Shown here piece by piece: positions 34,563 to 43,145 of a stretch of DNA of 58,481 nucleotides. Source of the stretch: a virus (taxonomy: Duplodnaviria > Caudoviricetes); IMG/VR virus record IMGVR_UViG_3300025132_000042, positions 1 through 58,481 of that record; one strand, 5' to 3'. Position numbers and translations under genes: made by a program. Positions within the stretch are counted from its first letter, which is position 1, and each line of letters begins with the position of its first letter. The notes under the pieces are model-generated. The model made no database searches. It was not told the DNA's origin and saw only the letters and a program-made list of their open reading frames with translations.

Positions 34563-35403
34563 GAGTTTTTTTTGTTTGTACTACGTTAGTATGGGCAACG
34601 CAGAACCCAAAGTCATGATAAGGTGTCTCGTATATTGCATAAGAAATTTTACGAAATGCATTTTTTGGCTTTTGTTTAAGCATATCGACAATCCTCTTGT
34701 GCAAACCACCCTCGGTTTCTAATCTTTCTGTATTGATAGCTAAATAATAACATAACTCTCTCGGGTTGTCAAGGTCAAAGAACCATTTTTCTTCAATATT
34801 CTTCATATTAAGGCCAGCTATAGCACGAATGCGATTGATATTCGACGGTCGCGAGACCTGACCAATTTCTGGCTCTGAATGAGTAAAATAATTTAAGTGA
34901 TGAATCGATGAAAATATAAAATTATTCAGCGAACCATAATAATTTTTGATGTTGATGTCTCCAAGCGATTCTTCGATTGACAAATTAGATATTAGTGTTA
35001 TTGAATTTATAAGGCCAGATCTGGCGTATTCCTGTAAGACGCCAAACGTAGTGTTTTCTATTAAAACTGGGTATCCGGTCAGTAACTCCGTGTCAGGTTG
35101 CACGTATATAAGATCTACTTTCTTGTCTCTCAACTGCTCAAGAATTCCCAAGGTGTAATTTGAGCTAAAAGAGCCACCCACTACAAAAAATTGAATATTG
35201 TCGCTGATCGGTTCAAAAAACTTTTTTACATTTGGAATGTTAGATTCATATTCTTCCGGATTATCAAATTTTTTTAATTTAAAATTATACTTGTTATTTC
35301 TTTCAACTTTTGAGTTTAGTTTGTAAACCTTATACTGCTTGATATCCGAAAATAGATCGGCGATTGCAGAGGCCGCGTTGCCAAGTCCAACAATTGAAAT
35401 CAT
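34540..35403 (-). CDS. tubulin/FtsZ-like (PhuZ/TubZ-type) protein, degenerate GTP-binding loop
   Basis: ISIVGLGNAASAIA (T1-like loop), FFVVGGSFSSNY in place of GGGTGSG, ITLISN. Confidence 0.6.
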   Translation of the reverse strand: MISIVGLGNAASAIADLFSDIKQYKVYKLNSKVERNNKYNFKLKKFDNPEEYESNIPNVKKFFEPISDNIQFFVVGGSFSSNYTLGILEQLRDKKVDLIYVQPDTELLTGYPVLIENTTFGVLQEYARSGLINSITLISNLSIEESLGDINIKNYYGSLNNFIFSSIHHLNYFTHSEPEIGQVSRPSNINRIRAIAGLNMKNIEEKWFFDLDNPRELCYYLAINTERLETEGGLHKRIVDMLKQKPKNAFRKISYAIYETPYHDFGFCVAHTNVVQTKKTLDKLEQE

Positions 35404-36590
35404 ATGCTCATCTCCTTAAGTTCATAGTAATTTTTACCGGCCTGCATGTTAACAACATAACAGTCCAATTTATTTTTAGCAAACAATTTCTTAATTTCTT
35501 GTAAGATTCCGCGGTCTTCATCATTAAAATCAATCACTATTTCGTCATGCACTATATGGGAGATAAACGACTTTCTGTCCTGTAAGATTACGTCAATCTC
35601 CACCGCACGATCGATTACAAGGTCAGCTGTTGTGCTTTGAATTAAGTAGTTAAAGGCCTTATTTTCGGTCACCTTTATTTGTCTCCCGAAGGGAGTTTTT
35701 ACCACTCCATTTTTATACCAGTGTCTAAGTAATTTTTTACGATCATAAAAATCTATATCACCCTTTTTTGAAGCAGGGTTATAGAGCCAAGCAAAAAACA
35801 TGGTTTTCGCTTTCTGCCGAGTTAGGCCGGCAACATCTTTAAAAATTGTCTTGCAGTGCCAATCGTGTATATCGATATCCGGCTGTTGTTGGCCTGACAG
35901 CGAAAGCAGAGTGCGCACTTCCGCACTATTATAGTCTAAAGAAATAAACCAATCATTTTTGGGTTTTAGCAGCTTTCTAAATTTCTTTTTCATAGTCAAC
36001 ACCGGGAAAGAGCCACTCTTGGTAGACAAACGGCCGGTCACCGTCCCAAACAAATTATAATCTATGAATTTGTTTCCGTTCAATATGGCAGTTACTTTTC
36101 TGGCGTCTGCACTGCTTAGGAACAAGTCTCGGCATCCTTCAACATTGACATTTAGATCTTGATAAGATATCTTATGCAGCAACTTGTACGATCTGCTCAG
36201 AAACTCATAGTTTTGTGGCTTTTCGTATTTTTCAAACACGTGTTCCGTGATTTTATTTTTGATTTCGCAAAATTGCTTTAGGAAATCAAATGGAACTAAA
36301 TCAAACATACAATTTTCACGTAAATTAACATTCGCTATATCAAAAGCTTTCATGAATGCTCTAAACTTACTTTGAATTTTTTCTAATTCAGTAGTTAACT
36401 CCGGAGGACACACTTCTTTCAAATCTCGACCATTGCACATCAGCCATGCATACTCTATTTCTTCTTTATCTACGGAGCCTGTGTATTTCCATGTTCTGGT
36501 AATTTTCTCCGGAATTTCGCCAAACTCTAGGTGGCCATTAGAATAAACACCTACGCATTCTTTTTTGTCATCTAAAGTTTGAAAATACAA
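35400..36590 (-). CDS. minimal family A DNA polymerase (polymerase domain only)
   Basis: TVTGRLS, motif A LDYNSAEVR, motif B RQKAKTMFFAWLY, AFNYLIQSTTAD, motif C VHDE. Confidence 0.88.
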   Translation of the reverse strand: MYFQTLDDKKECVGVYSNGHLEFGEIPEKITRTWKYTGSVDKEEIEYAWLMCNGRDLKEVCPPELTTELEKIQSKFRAFMKAFDIANVNLRENCMFDLVPFDFLKQFCEIKNKITEHVFEKYEKPQNYEFLSRSYKLLHKISYQDLNVNVEGCRDLFLSSADARKVTAILNGNKFIDYNLFGTVTGRLSTKSGSFPVLTMKKKFRKLLKPKNDWFISLDYNSAEVRTLLSLSGQQQPDIDIHDWHCKTIFKDVAGLTRQKAKTMFFAWLYNPASKKGDIDFYDRKKLLRHWYKNGVVKTPFGRQIKVTENKAFNYLIQSTTADLVIDRAVEIDVILQDRKSFISHIVHDEIVIDFNDEDRGILQEIKKLFAKNKLDCYVVNMQAGKNYYELKEMSI

Positions 36591-36606
36591 GCCCAGTCCT
36601 TGAATG

Positions 36607-37812
36607 CTATTTTTCTATTGCATTCCTGTGTTTCGTAATATAGCTCACGGAGCCTCGATAGTCAAACGTTTTATTCAAAATTCTTTCAAAATCGTCTAAT
36701 GCGGACTCAACTCCCTCAATTCGGGCAACTTCTTTACAATCATCCATGATGCGCGCTTTTTCGCTTTTGGAGAACTGCGATTCTTCTTCTTGAAATCGTA
36801 TTTTAAAATATGTATCCAAGAAAAATGCATCGCTGTACACTTTTTCAAATGTTTCTTTCGAGTATACTGTGCTTTTTGAGACCACCGGAACTGAGTTGCC
36901 GGCACACCCCCCTTCTATGACATGCTTGACTCTAGTCGCGGCCACATATGCATTATATAGCGTATCTTTAAACTGCTGCATATAATTGCGGTGGGCCGGG
37001 CGGTATGCGTCTTCTAAGACAACGGCAGTGCTTGTTAAGCCGTAAGCGGCTGCGGCTTCTTGCATAATTTCGGAGTCTATATCAGCTACGATCCTCATTG
37101 GATAATTCATGTCAATCATAAAGCCATAACTATTACAAAGATTTACATAGTATAGCCAGTTAGGGCTTTCGATGATCTTGTACCACTTCCCTTCGTCATC
37201 GGTGTAGTCGCTGTTGTCAAGCTCAATTGCCAACCCTGAACACGTTATTGGGCAGTATTTGCTTTTTATGAAGGCGGGTCTTGTAAACGGTATTCTTTTA
37301 GCTGATACGGTTATGCTATCAATAAAGTACTTAAAGAATTGATCAAAATTATCAAAAATCATTTTTTTATTTGTGGCAATTCCTATCATTGTAGATAATT
37401 GAGCACTGACGTATTCTCGATACAATATATCAGGGCTTTCGAACGCTTTATAAATTTTAAATTCAGCTATTGGGCTTTGATCACGATTGTTTAATTTTCC
37501 CGTCATCTGCGCTTTTCTAAATTGTGCAAACATTTGATTAAAAACATCAGCCACAAAGTTTATCGCTCTGGGATTCTTGGCCACTTGGTTTATTGGGCCG
37601 TCGAGTGGCCGGAGTTGAGCCAAGTTGCTACGGAATATAATAGGTTCAAAAAACATGCTTGTTCTACCATAAAAAAACTTTTCCCCTAAATTAAAATCTA
37701 CTATGTTTGGATAAGAGCGTGCATATTGATACATGTTGGCGCGATATGTAGTTCTTTTTTTGAAAAGGTTTTTGGCGCCTTCGTCTTCGCTCCTAACATA
37801 CAATTTTGACAT
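36607..37812 (-). CDS. hypothetical protein (401 aa)
   Basis: Long ORF with AAGG RBS at the end of the baseplate block. Confidence 0.75.
   Translation of the reverse strand: MSKLYVRSEDEGAKNLFKKRTTYRANMYQYARSYPNIVDFNLGEKFFYGRTSMFFEPIIFRSNLAQLRPLDGPINQVAKNPRAINFVADVFNQMFAQFRKAQMTGKLNNRDQSPIAEFKIYKAFESPDILYREYVSAQLSTMIGIATNKKMIFDNFDQFFKYFIDSITVSAKRIPFTRPAFIKSKYCPITCSGLAIELDNSDYTDDEGKWYKIIESPNWLYYVNLCNSYGFMIDMNYPMRIVADIDSEIMQEAAAAYGLTSTAVVLEDAYRPAHRNYMQQFKDTLYNAYVAATRVKHVIEGGCAGNSVPVVSKSTVYSKETFEKVYSDAFFLDTYFKIRFQEEESQFSKSEKARIMDDCKEVARIEGVESALDDFERILNKTFDYRGSVSYITKHRNAIEK
36637..36665 (-). promoter_or_regulatory. sigma-70 promoter for the polymerase-tubulin pair
   Basis: TTGACT-N17-TATATT inside the upstream gene end. 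Confidence 0.6.
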
Positions 37813-37848
37813 TTTTTAATTCCTTCTTAATATTTAGCATCAACTCTA

Positions 37849-40800
37849 TTAGCCTTTAGGTTTTTTAGAGACCTCATCATCGTGTCCGAGCGCTTTCATG
37901 AATGAAGATAAAAAACCAGAATCTTCGGTACCGGTAAAAGTTTCTTTCATACGGGCTTTTCGTTCGCTACTACATTTTCCCTTACCATTTTGGAGGTTTG
38001 GTATGGTTGATGTGTCATCGGCCTGAAAACCCTCCATGACATCACCGCCGGCGGCCGGTCGATCTGCTTTTTGATCAATTTGGTGTGTCCATTTAGCATT
38101 TATTTTAGTGTTCGCATAGCCCGGGCCAAATGAGTGCTCTGATGTGATCACCATATAATAGCCACCCAATCCATAGTCAGTTAAATCTTCAAAATTAAAC
38201 CCTTCTTGGTTCATATTGTAGCTCAAGGTCGGAGCAAATCCACGAGGATCGACAAATATATATGTACCGGGCCACGCATTAATGTTGGCAAAAGAATCAA
38301 TTTCCACATCGTAAACTTCCCTTAATTGTTGTAACCCATCATATCCCTCTTGTTCAAATCTAACCTCTTTATGGCCGGCCGTACTGGTTCGCTGTAGTGA
38401 TATGTTTTTTATCAAGCCGCGGTCGCGACCTAACAAATAATGAAAAATCCCGCGGCTTTGATCTACCGCGCGGATGCCTCTCATCTTTTCGGTCGGGGAT
38501 GTTCGGCCAGCATGGAAAATTAAGTAATTTCTCTCACTATCGATCGGACCTTTCGTTCCTTTTTCGGGGCCCGATATGTTTAGAATTCGAGTCTGTCCAC
38601 CGAGGACGACCATCGCCTCGTCGGCTTCATCTCCGCCGTCTGTGACTGAACCCCCAAGGAAAACTCGACGAGCCTCCAGTACTTCGGCAAGGTTAGTTAA
38701 CGAGTCGTAGCCGGTACCAAGCAACTCGTAGTCGGTTATTGTTGTATTAAACAGTCTTAGTTTTTGAAAACTTCTTTTGGCAAAGCAAGTGTTCGAATTC
38801 AAAAAATCTCTGAGCATGTTATTCATAAACGAAGATAAAAAAGAACTTAACGGATAGCTGGTAGAGGACTTACCGACAACTTTTGACGATAGCCATTCAA
38901 CAAAATATTTTACAGAAATCGGTATGTCGCCTAATGAAAGAAATGTGGTTCCTATTTCATCAGTAGGATTCACTATCTCTATGGGTCCGAGCACTACTCG
39001 GAGTTTTTTAAATTGTTGCTTGAGTCTTTCAAATCTTTCCAATTCTAACTTTACCTCTCCTTGAGATGGACTAGCAGTTGGAAAGGGAGGATTTCCTGCA
39101 GTTCTCGGAGTTTCCATATATTTATTTAATGAAGTTTCAAAGTTGTCTATGCCCTCTTCTATATTAGACAATACTGCGTCTATTAAGTCACTCAAGAAGA
39201 AAAAGGCTACATGCTCTTCGTCCCAGTTGATCGCACTAGTAGAAAACATTAATTTTTCTTTTTGTATGTGATCCCACTCAGAAAAAGTTAGGCCCTCGGC
39301 ATCAACGCCGGTTGCTTTTCCTTCATCATTTAACACTTCCTTCCATTTACCGTCTAGGGGTCTTATTAATTGGTCAAGATCTTTTTTCAAGCTTTTTCGT
39401 AAACTTTCGGAAGCGTTGATGTTTAAAGTGGCGCCGCCTCTTTCATAAAAAGGCCCTTCAGATGTAAATAGGGCCAATTGGTTTCTTGGTATTCTTGCAT
39501 AAAATATTCTCTTTCGGCTTGATAATTTTTCGATTAAACCTTGAAGGCTGCTTGTTTTCAGCTCCTCCATCCAAGTTGATAATGTGCCCTCGTCCGCTTT
39601 GGCGGAGCGGCTAATACCCTTGTTACAGCTTACGAGGGCATCTTTCTTTTCGATCTCACTCAAAAAAGCTGCCGCATTTAAGTCTGCAGTGCCAAATACG
39701 TTATAGTTGGGCTGATCAAATAGTTCGTCTACATACGCAAGATAGTTGATTACAAATTCCACTCTGCCGTCATCACCTATATTAAATTCATGAGTGGTGG
39801 GGGTTAAGTTTAAAGTTATGTAGCTTTCATCTATAGCGTCCATGAGGGCCTGTTTGTCAATCGCTCTTTGAACTGTTACACCGCCTTGTGCTTTTGGAGT
39901 AGACCACCCAACAACAGCTTTGAGTCTGAAATCTAGCTTATAATTTTTTGAATCTTGAATGCGCTGCATTGCCTTTCCGACATAATCATCATAAGTCTGA
40001 TCTTTTTTGCGTTCGACGTCGCCAGTCTTCAAGCAAAGATCCAAGTAGCGGTATTTGGCAGCGGTGCCTGTGCGCAAAGCTATTAACTCATCAAATGTAT
40101 TTGCATGAATAGTAAGTTTTGCACTAATACTTTTCTTAACTGCAAATGGATTGGAGCCCTCGTACTTAAACGTAAAATCTTTTATACCGACGCCGAAACC
40201 TCTGGCTTCCTTTTTCTTGAAAAAGTCCGAAAGGCGTTCGGGAGACTCCGTGGAATCAAACGATATACGATTTTCAAACTCTTTTCCTGTTTTATAGTTT
40301 CTTTCAACTTTATAGAGCCTAATATATGGCTGCAGTTCTGACAGCTCGCTTGTTCTTATATCGAAAAACTTTTCAAATTTGCCGCTTTGTGTTAACTTGT
40401 TGATGAATCCAAAAGGATCGCCGTTTACCATTATGGACGCATTGCCGGATTTCCCAACGTATGGTAAAGGCTTTTTAGATGGAGAACCTCTATCTTTACC
40501 TTCATCTACAATTCTAGCCTTGTACTCTGCAAGTTGTATAATTTTGGCCAACAAATAACACTGCTCTTTATAATTCATATCGATACCCAAAGCAGTTAGG
40601 GCCAGTTCTGTGGTTGAACTTTGATTAGACGTATTGAATAGTTCTTTTGCTAAATCGTCGTCTACATCGGACAACCCAAGCAGTTCTTTTCCTGCTGCGG
40701 CGAAATAGTCCCACGAAGACGCGTCGGCGGGGAGGCCTTGAAGATTTCTATCCCTTGCAGCCTCAATGGCCTTTTGGTATTCATCATCTCGGCGTTTTAT

Positions 40801-41547
40801 ATTGCCTGCGCAGGTTTTCATTTGATCATAGGCGGTAAAGGCGCCGCTAGCGTGCTCTGTAAAGAACTTACCTCCGTTTTCATAGTCTTTTCTTATGAAG
40901 TCTACATATGCTCTTTGGGCCGGATTCATAGATGTCAATGCATCGTTGAGAATAGCGCTCTTGGGGGGCTTTGAGCCATCATAATTGGTAATGTCATAGG
41001 CTACCTCGTAACTACGCGTACCAGCGGACATCATGTGCTTAACTATTCTATTTTCATTGGTCTGTTTTAATAAATTATTGAGACTGCCATTTGTTGTGGC
41101 TGATGGTGTGCCTTCATGACGGTGGTTGCCTGTGACTGTTTTTGCCCATGCGCCTTCTATCTCTTCCTCTTCGCCCTTACGTTCACTGATAGCAGTAGAA
41201 ATTATGGAATCTTCTCCATCAGACATATAGCCCGGGCCCGATGAACCATATTTTCTGTCTGAAAAGCCAGTACTGCCACCCATTGATGCGCCCGTGCCGC
41301 CCGGATAGAACATATTGATTATGCTGTCCAATTCTTGTTGTTGAGCCGGTTCTAGATCATCGTAGGTTATCTCCTCCATAGGGGAGGCATCGGGGATGTA
41401 AGAGGCCAAAAGGGCATCCCGAAGTGGATCTTGCATAGCATCGTACCCAGCCATGCCATCGCGAATTTTTGGCCCACATTCGACAGCTGCTTCGAAACTT
41501 TCTAAGGCCTTCTGCGCTCTTGGGTCGTCTTGCTTGATCGCCCCCAT
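37849..41547 (-). CDS. large baseplate hub-like protein
   Basis: Position after the LysM/gp53-like gene; C-terminal PGTYIFVD...GGYYMVITSEHSF...TKINAKW typical of gp27/late-control-D hubs. Confidence 0.55.
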   Translation of the reverse strand: MGAIKQDDPRAQKALESFEAAVECGPKIRDGMAGYDAMQDPLRDALLASYIPDASPMEEITYDDLEPAQQQELDSIINMFYPGGTGASMGGSTGFSDRKYGSSGPGYMSDGEDSIISTAISERKGEEEEIEGAWAKTVTGNHRHEGTPSATTNGSLNNLLKQTNENRIVKHMMSAGTRSYEVAYDITNYDGSKPPKSAILNDALTSMNPAQRAYVDFIRKDYENGGKFFTEHASGAFTAYDQMKTCAGNIKRRDDEYQKAIEAARDRNLQGLPADASSWDYFAAAGKELLGLSDVDDDLAKELFNTSNQSSTTELALTALGIDMNYKEQCYLLAKIIQLAEYKARIVDEGKDRGSPSKKPLPYVGKSGNASIMVNGDPFGFINKLTQSGKFEKFFDIRTSELSELQPYIRLYKVERNYKTGKEFENRISFDSTESPERLSDFFKKKEARGFGVGIKDFTFKYEGSNPFAVKKSISAKLTIHANTFDELIALRTGTAAKYRYLDLCLKTGDVERKKDQTYDDYVGKAMQRIQDSKNYKLDFRLKAVVGWSTPKAQGGVTVQRAIDKQALMDAIDESYITLNLTPTTHEFNIGDDGRVEFVINYLAYVDELFDQPNYNVFGTADLNAAAFLSEIEKKDALVSCNKGISRSAKADEGTLSTWMEELKTSSLQGLIEKLSSRKRIFYARIPRNQLALFTSEGPFYERGGATLNINASESLRKSLKKDLDQLIRPLDGKWKEVLNDEGKATGVDAEGLTFSEWDHIQKEKLMFSTSAINWDEEHVAFFFLSDLIDAVLSNIEEGIDNFETSLNKYMETPRTAGNPPFPTASPSQGEVKLELERFERLKQQFKKLRVVLGPIEIVNPTDEIGTTFLSLGDIPISVKYFVEWLSSKVVGKSSTSYPLSSFLSSFMNNMLRDFLNSNTCFAKRSFQKLRLFNTTITDYELLGTGYDSLTNLAEVLEARRVFLGGSVTDGGDEADEAMVVLGGQTRILNISGPEKGTKGPIDSERNYLIFHAGRTSPTEKMRGIRAVDQSRGIFHYLLGRDRGLIKNISLQRTSTAGHKEVRFEQEGYDGLQQLREVYDVEIDSFANINAWPGTYIFVDPRGFAPTLSYNMNQEGFNFEDLTDYGLGGYYMVITSEHSFGPGYANTKINAKWTHQIDQKADRPAAGGDVMEGFQADDTSTIPNLQNGKGKCSSERKARMKETFTGTEDSGFLSSFMKALGHDDEVSKKPKG

Positions 41548-41548
41548 C

Positions 41549-41878
41549 TTATTGACCCAAGACCCTTAAAACAGCCTCTAGTTCTAGTGGTATTTCAATA
41601 GGTGTTCCGCGCTCTAAGTGAGCCTCTGTGGGCACACCGTTGTACCACGCGATAACCCACCAATATCTAACGTCGGAATAATATGTATTTGCTAATTTGT
41701 AGAATCTGTCTCCAACGGTCCATATATGAGTGGTGCTACTGATCAACGCTCTGGTGGCTGGGCCCGGGTTGGCCAATATCGGTGTTTCAAAGTGTCTGAT
41801 TGTTTTTTGGCCGCGGCGAATTGGTTTATAATATTCGCTACTGTTTCTAAATATTCTATCTGTTTTATATCTTGCCAT
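41549..41878 (-). CDS. baseplate wedge gp53-like / LysM-like protein
   Basis: HIWTVGDRFYKLANTYYSDVRYWWVIAWYN...IEIP. Confidence 0.75.
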   Translation of the reverse strand: MARYKTDRIFRNSSEYYKPIRRGQKTIRHFETPILANPGPATRALISSTTHIWTVGDRFYKLANTYYSDVRYWWVIAWYNGVPTEAHLERGTPIEIPLELEAVLRVLGQ

Positions 41879-41936
41879 AATTTATTTGTCGCCTTTCTCC
41901 GCTGATCATTCGGCGGGTCTTTTTTGTTTTCACCCG

Positions 41937-43091
41937 TCAATAGTGGAACATAACGTTGCCATCACGGTCCCTGATGACATATTGACCTGAGTCCGTATCC
42001 GCCACCGGGGTGCCTGTGCCCAGATCATGATCTGAGCCTATCCCCTGTACTGCATCCCCTAGTGCGTTAGCTTTTTTCATAGCCCGGGCCGTTTGTCGCG
42101 AACTGCGGCGATTAGCTACGGCATCTCTTTCGCTATCGCTAAGGCCCCATATTGCTTTGTTTTTCTTGGCTTTGGCGTTATCAATGCGGGCTTGAGGTGG
42201 ATTAGCGGCATCTATTATGGACTGTACATCATTTTTACCGTCAGCAAACGTACTGAAAGGATCACTAGCGATCGCATTGTACGGGAAGTTTTCATCATAA
42301 AAATCGGCGCCGCGGCGTGTTTTTTGCCAACCAAGAGGCTGCTCGTGGATTACTGAGAATTCTAGGTTGATTTCAAACAGTTTTGGTAATATGGTGTTTT
42401 CTGCCTTCATAAAAGCCCCGTCTTCACCTTCCAAGTTGTGCTGTATTGTCAAATTTGTTATTGCCCCCAATAGACCACCGGATGATTGATGATTACTTCG
42501 ATAATTTCTAAAGTGCTGCTCAGGGCTTTGAGTTTGACGGGCAGAGTTGGTCATAGTTGTTCCTTCGACCGCCACACGGCCGGGATTTGGATTAGATTTT
42601 TGTGCCAAGTTCATAACTTTAAGCCTAATCAGTGGAGATTGCGCAATTGTCTCAGCATCTCCTACGTTTTTATAATTTGGATATAAGAATTGAGCCAATT
42701 GCTGGATTTTAGTTAGATTTTCGTATGCTTCACCTTCAGTTCCTGCTGGTATTTTAAAGGCCAGCGTAATTCTCCGAGATGTATTTTTAAAAAGAATTAT
42801 TGGGTCTGCACGGCCATAGACCTTCTCATCTACCCAGTCTGAATTATAAGTTTCATTAAAAGCTGTTATGAACGATTTGAAGAAAATAGATCTACCAGAA
42901 GGCACATGCTGAAAAGATATCATCATCTTTCGCTTGTTTGCAAGGTAATCGCTACCATCAACAAAGTTTCTTACTTCTTTTTGCAATCGGCGCCCAACAG
43001 TAGGCGTCTTGTATCTTTTAGAGTCAAAGTGCGAATTAAAAAAATCGTGCGCTACGCTTATGTCTCCTGCGATTGAATCATCTTCAGCCAT
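41937..43091 (-). CDS. baseplate/tail-tube initiator-like protein
   Basis: Follows the tape measure; FNETYNSDW...YGRADPI..FKNTSRRITLAF, PLIRLK. Confidence 0.55.
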   Translation of the reverse strand: MAEDDSIAGDISVAHDFFNSHFDSKRYKTPTVGRRLQKEVRNFVDGSDYLANKRKMMISFQHVPSGRSIFFKSFITAFNETYNSDWVDEKVYGRADPIILFKNTSRRITLAFKIPAGTEGEAYENLTKIQQLAQFLYPNYKNVGDAETIAQSPLIRLKVMNLAQKSNPNPGRVAVEGTTMTNSARQTQSPEQHFRNYRSNHQSSGGLLGAITNLTIQHNLEGEDGAFMKAENTILPKLFEINLEFSVIHEQPLGWQKTRRGADFYDENFPYNAIASDPFSTFADGKNDVQSIIDAANPPQARIDNAKAKKNKAIWGLSDSERDAVANRRSSRQTARAMKKANALGDAVQGIGSDHDLGTGTPVADTDSGQYVIRDRDGNVMFHY

Positions 43092-43110
43092 CTATCTTGG
43101 CTCCTTTACT

Positions 43111-43119
43111 ATAAGTATC
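43111..43119 (-). promoter_or_regulatory. putative late promoter variant GATACTTAT
   Basis: Intergenic, just upstream of the AAGGAG RBS. Confidence 0.45.
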
Positions 43120-43145
43120 TAACGGACACATTTTTTATTGTTATA

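Noticed and set aside
34540-35403. Nucleus-forming jumbo phage inferred from the tubulin-like gene
   Set aside because: No chimallin or multisubunit RNAP recognised in the window; the virion genes are T4-like and the promoters are host sigma-70 type
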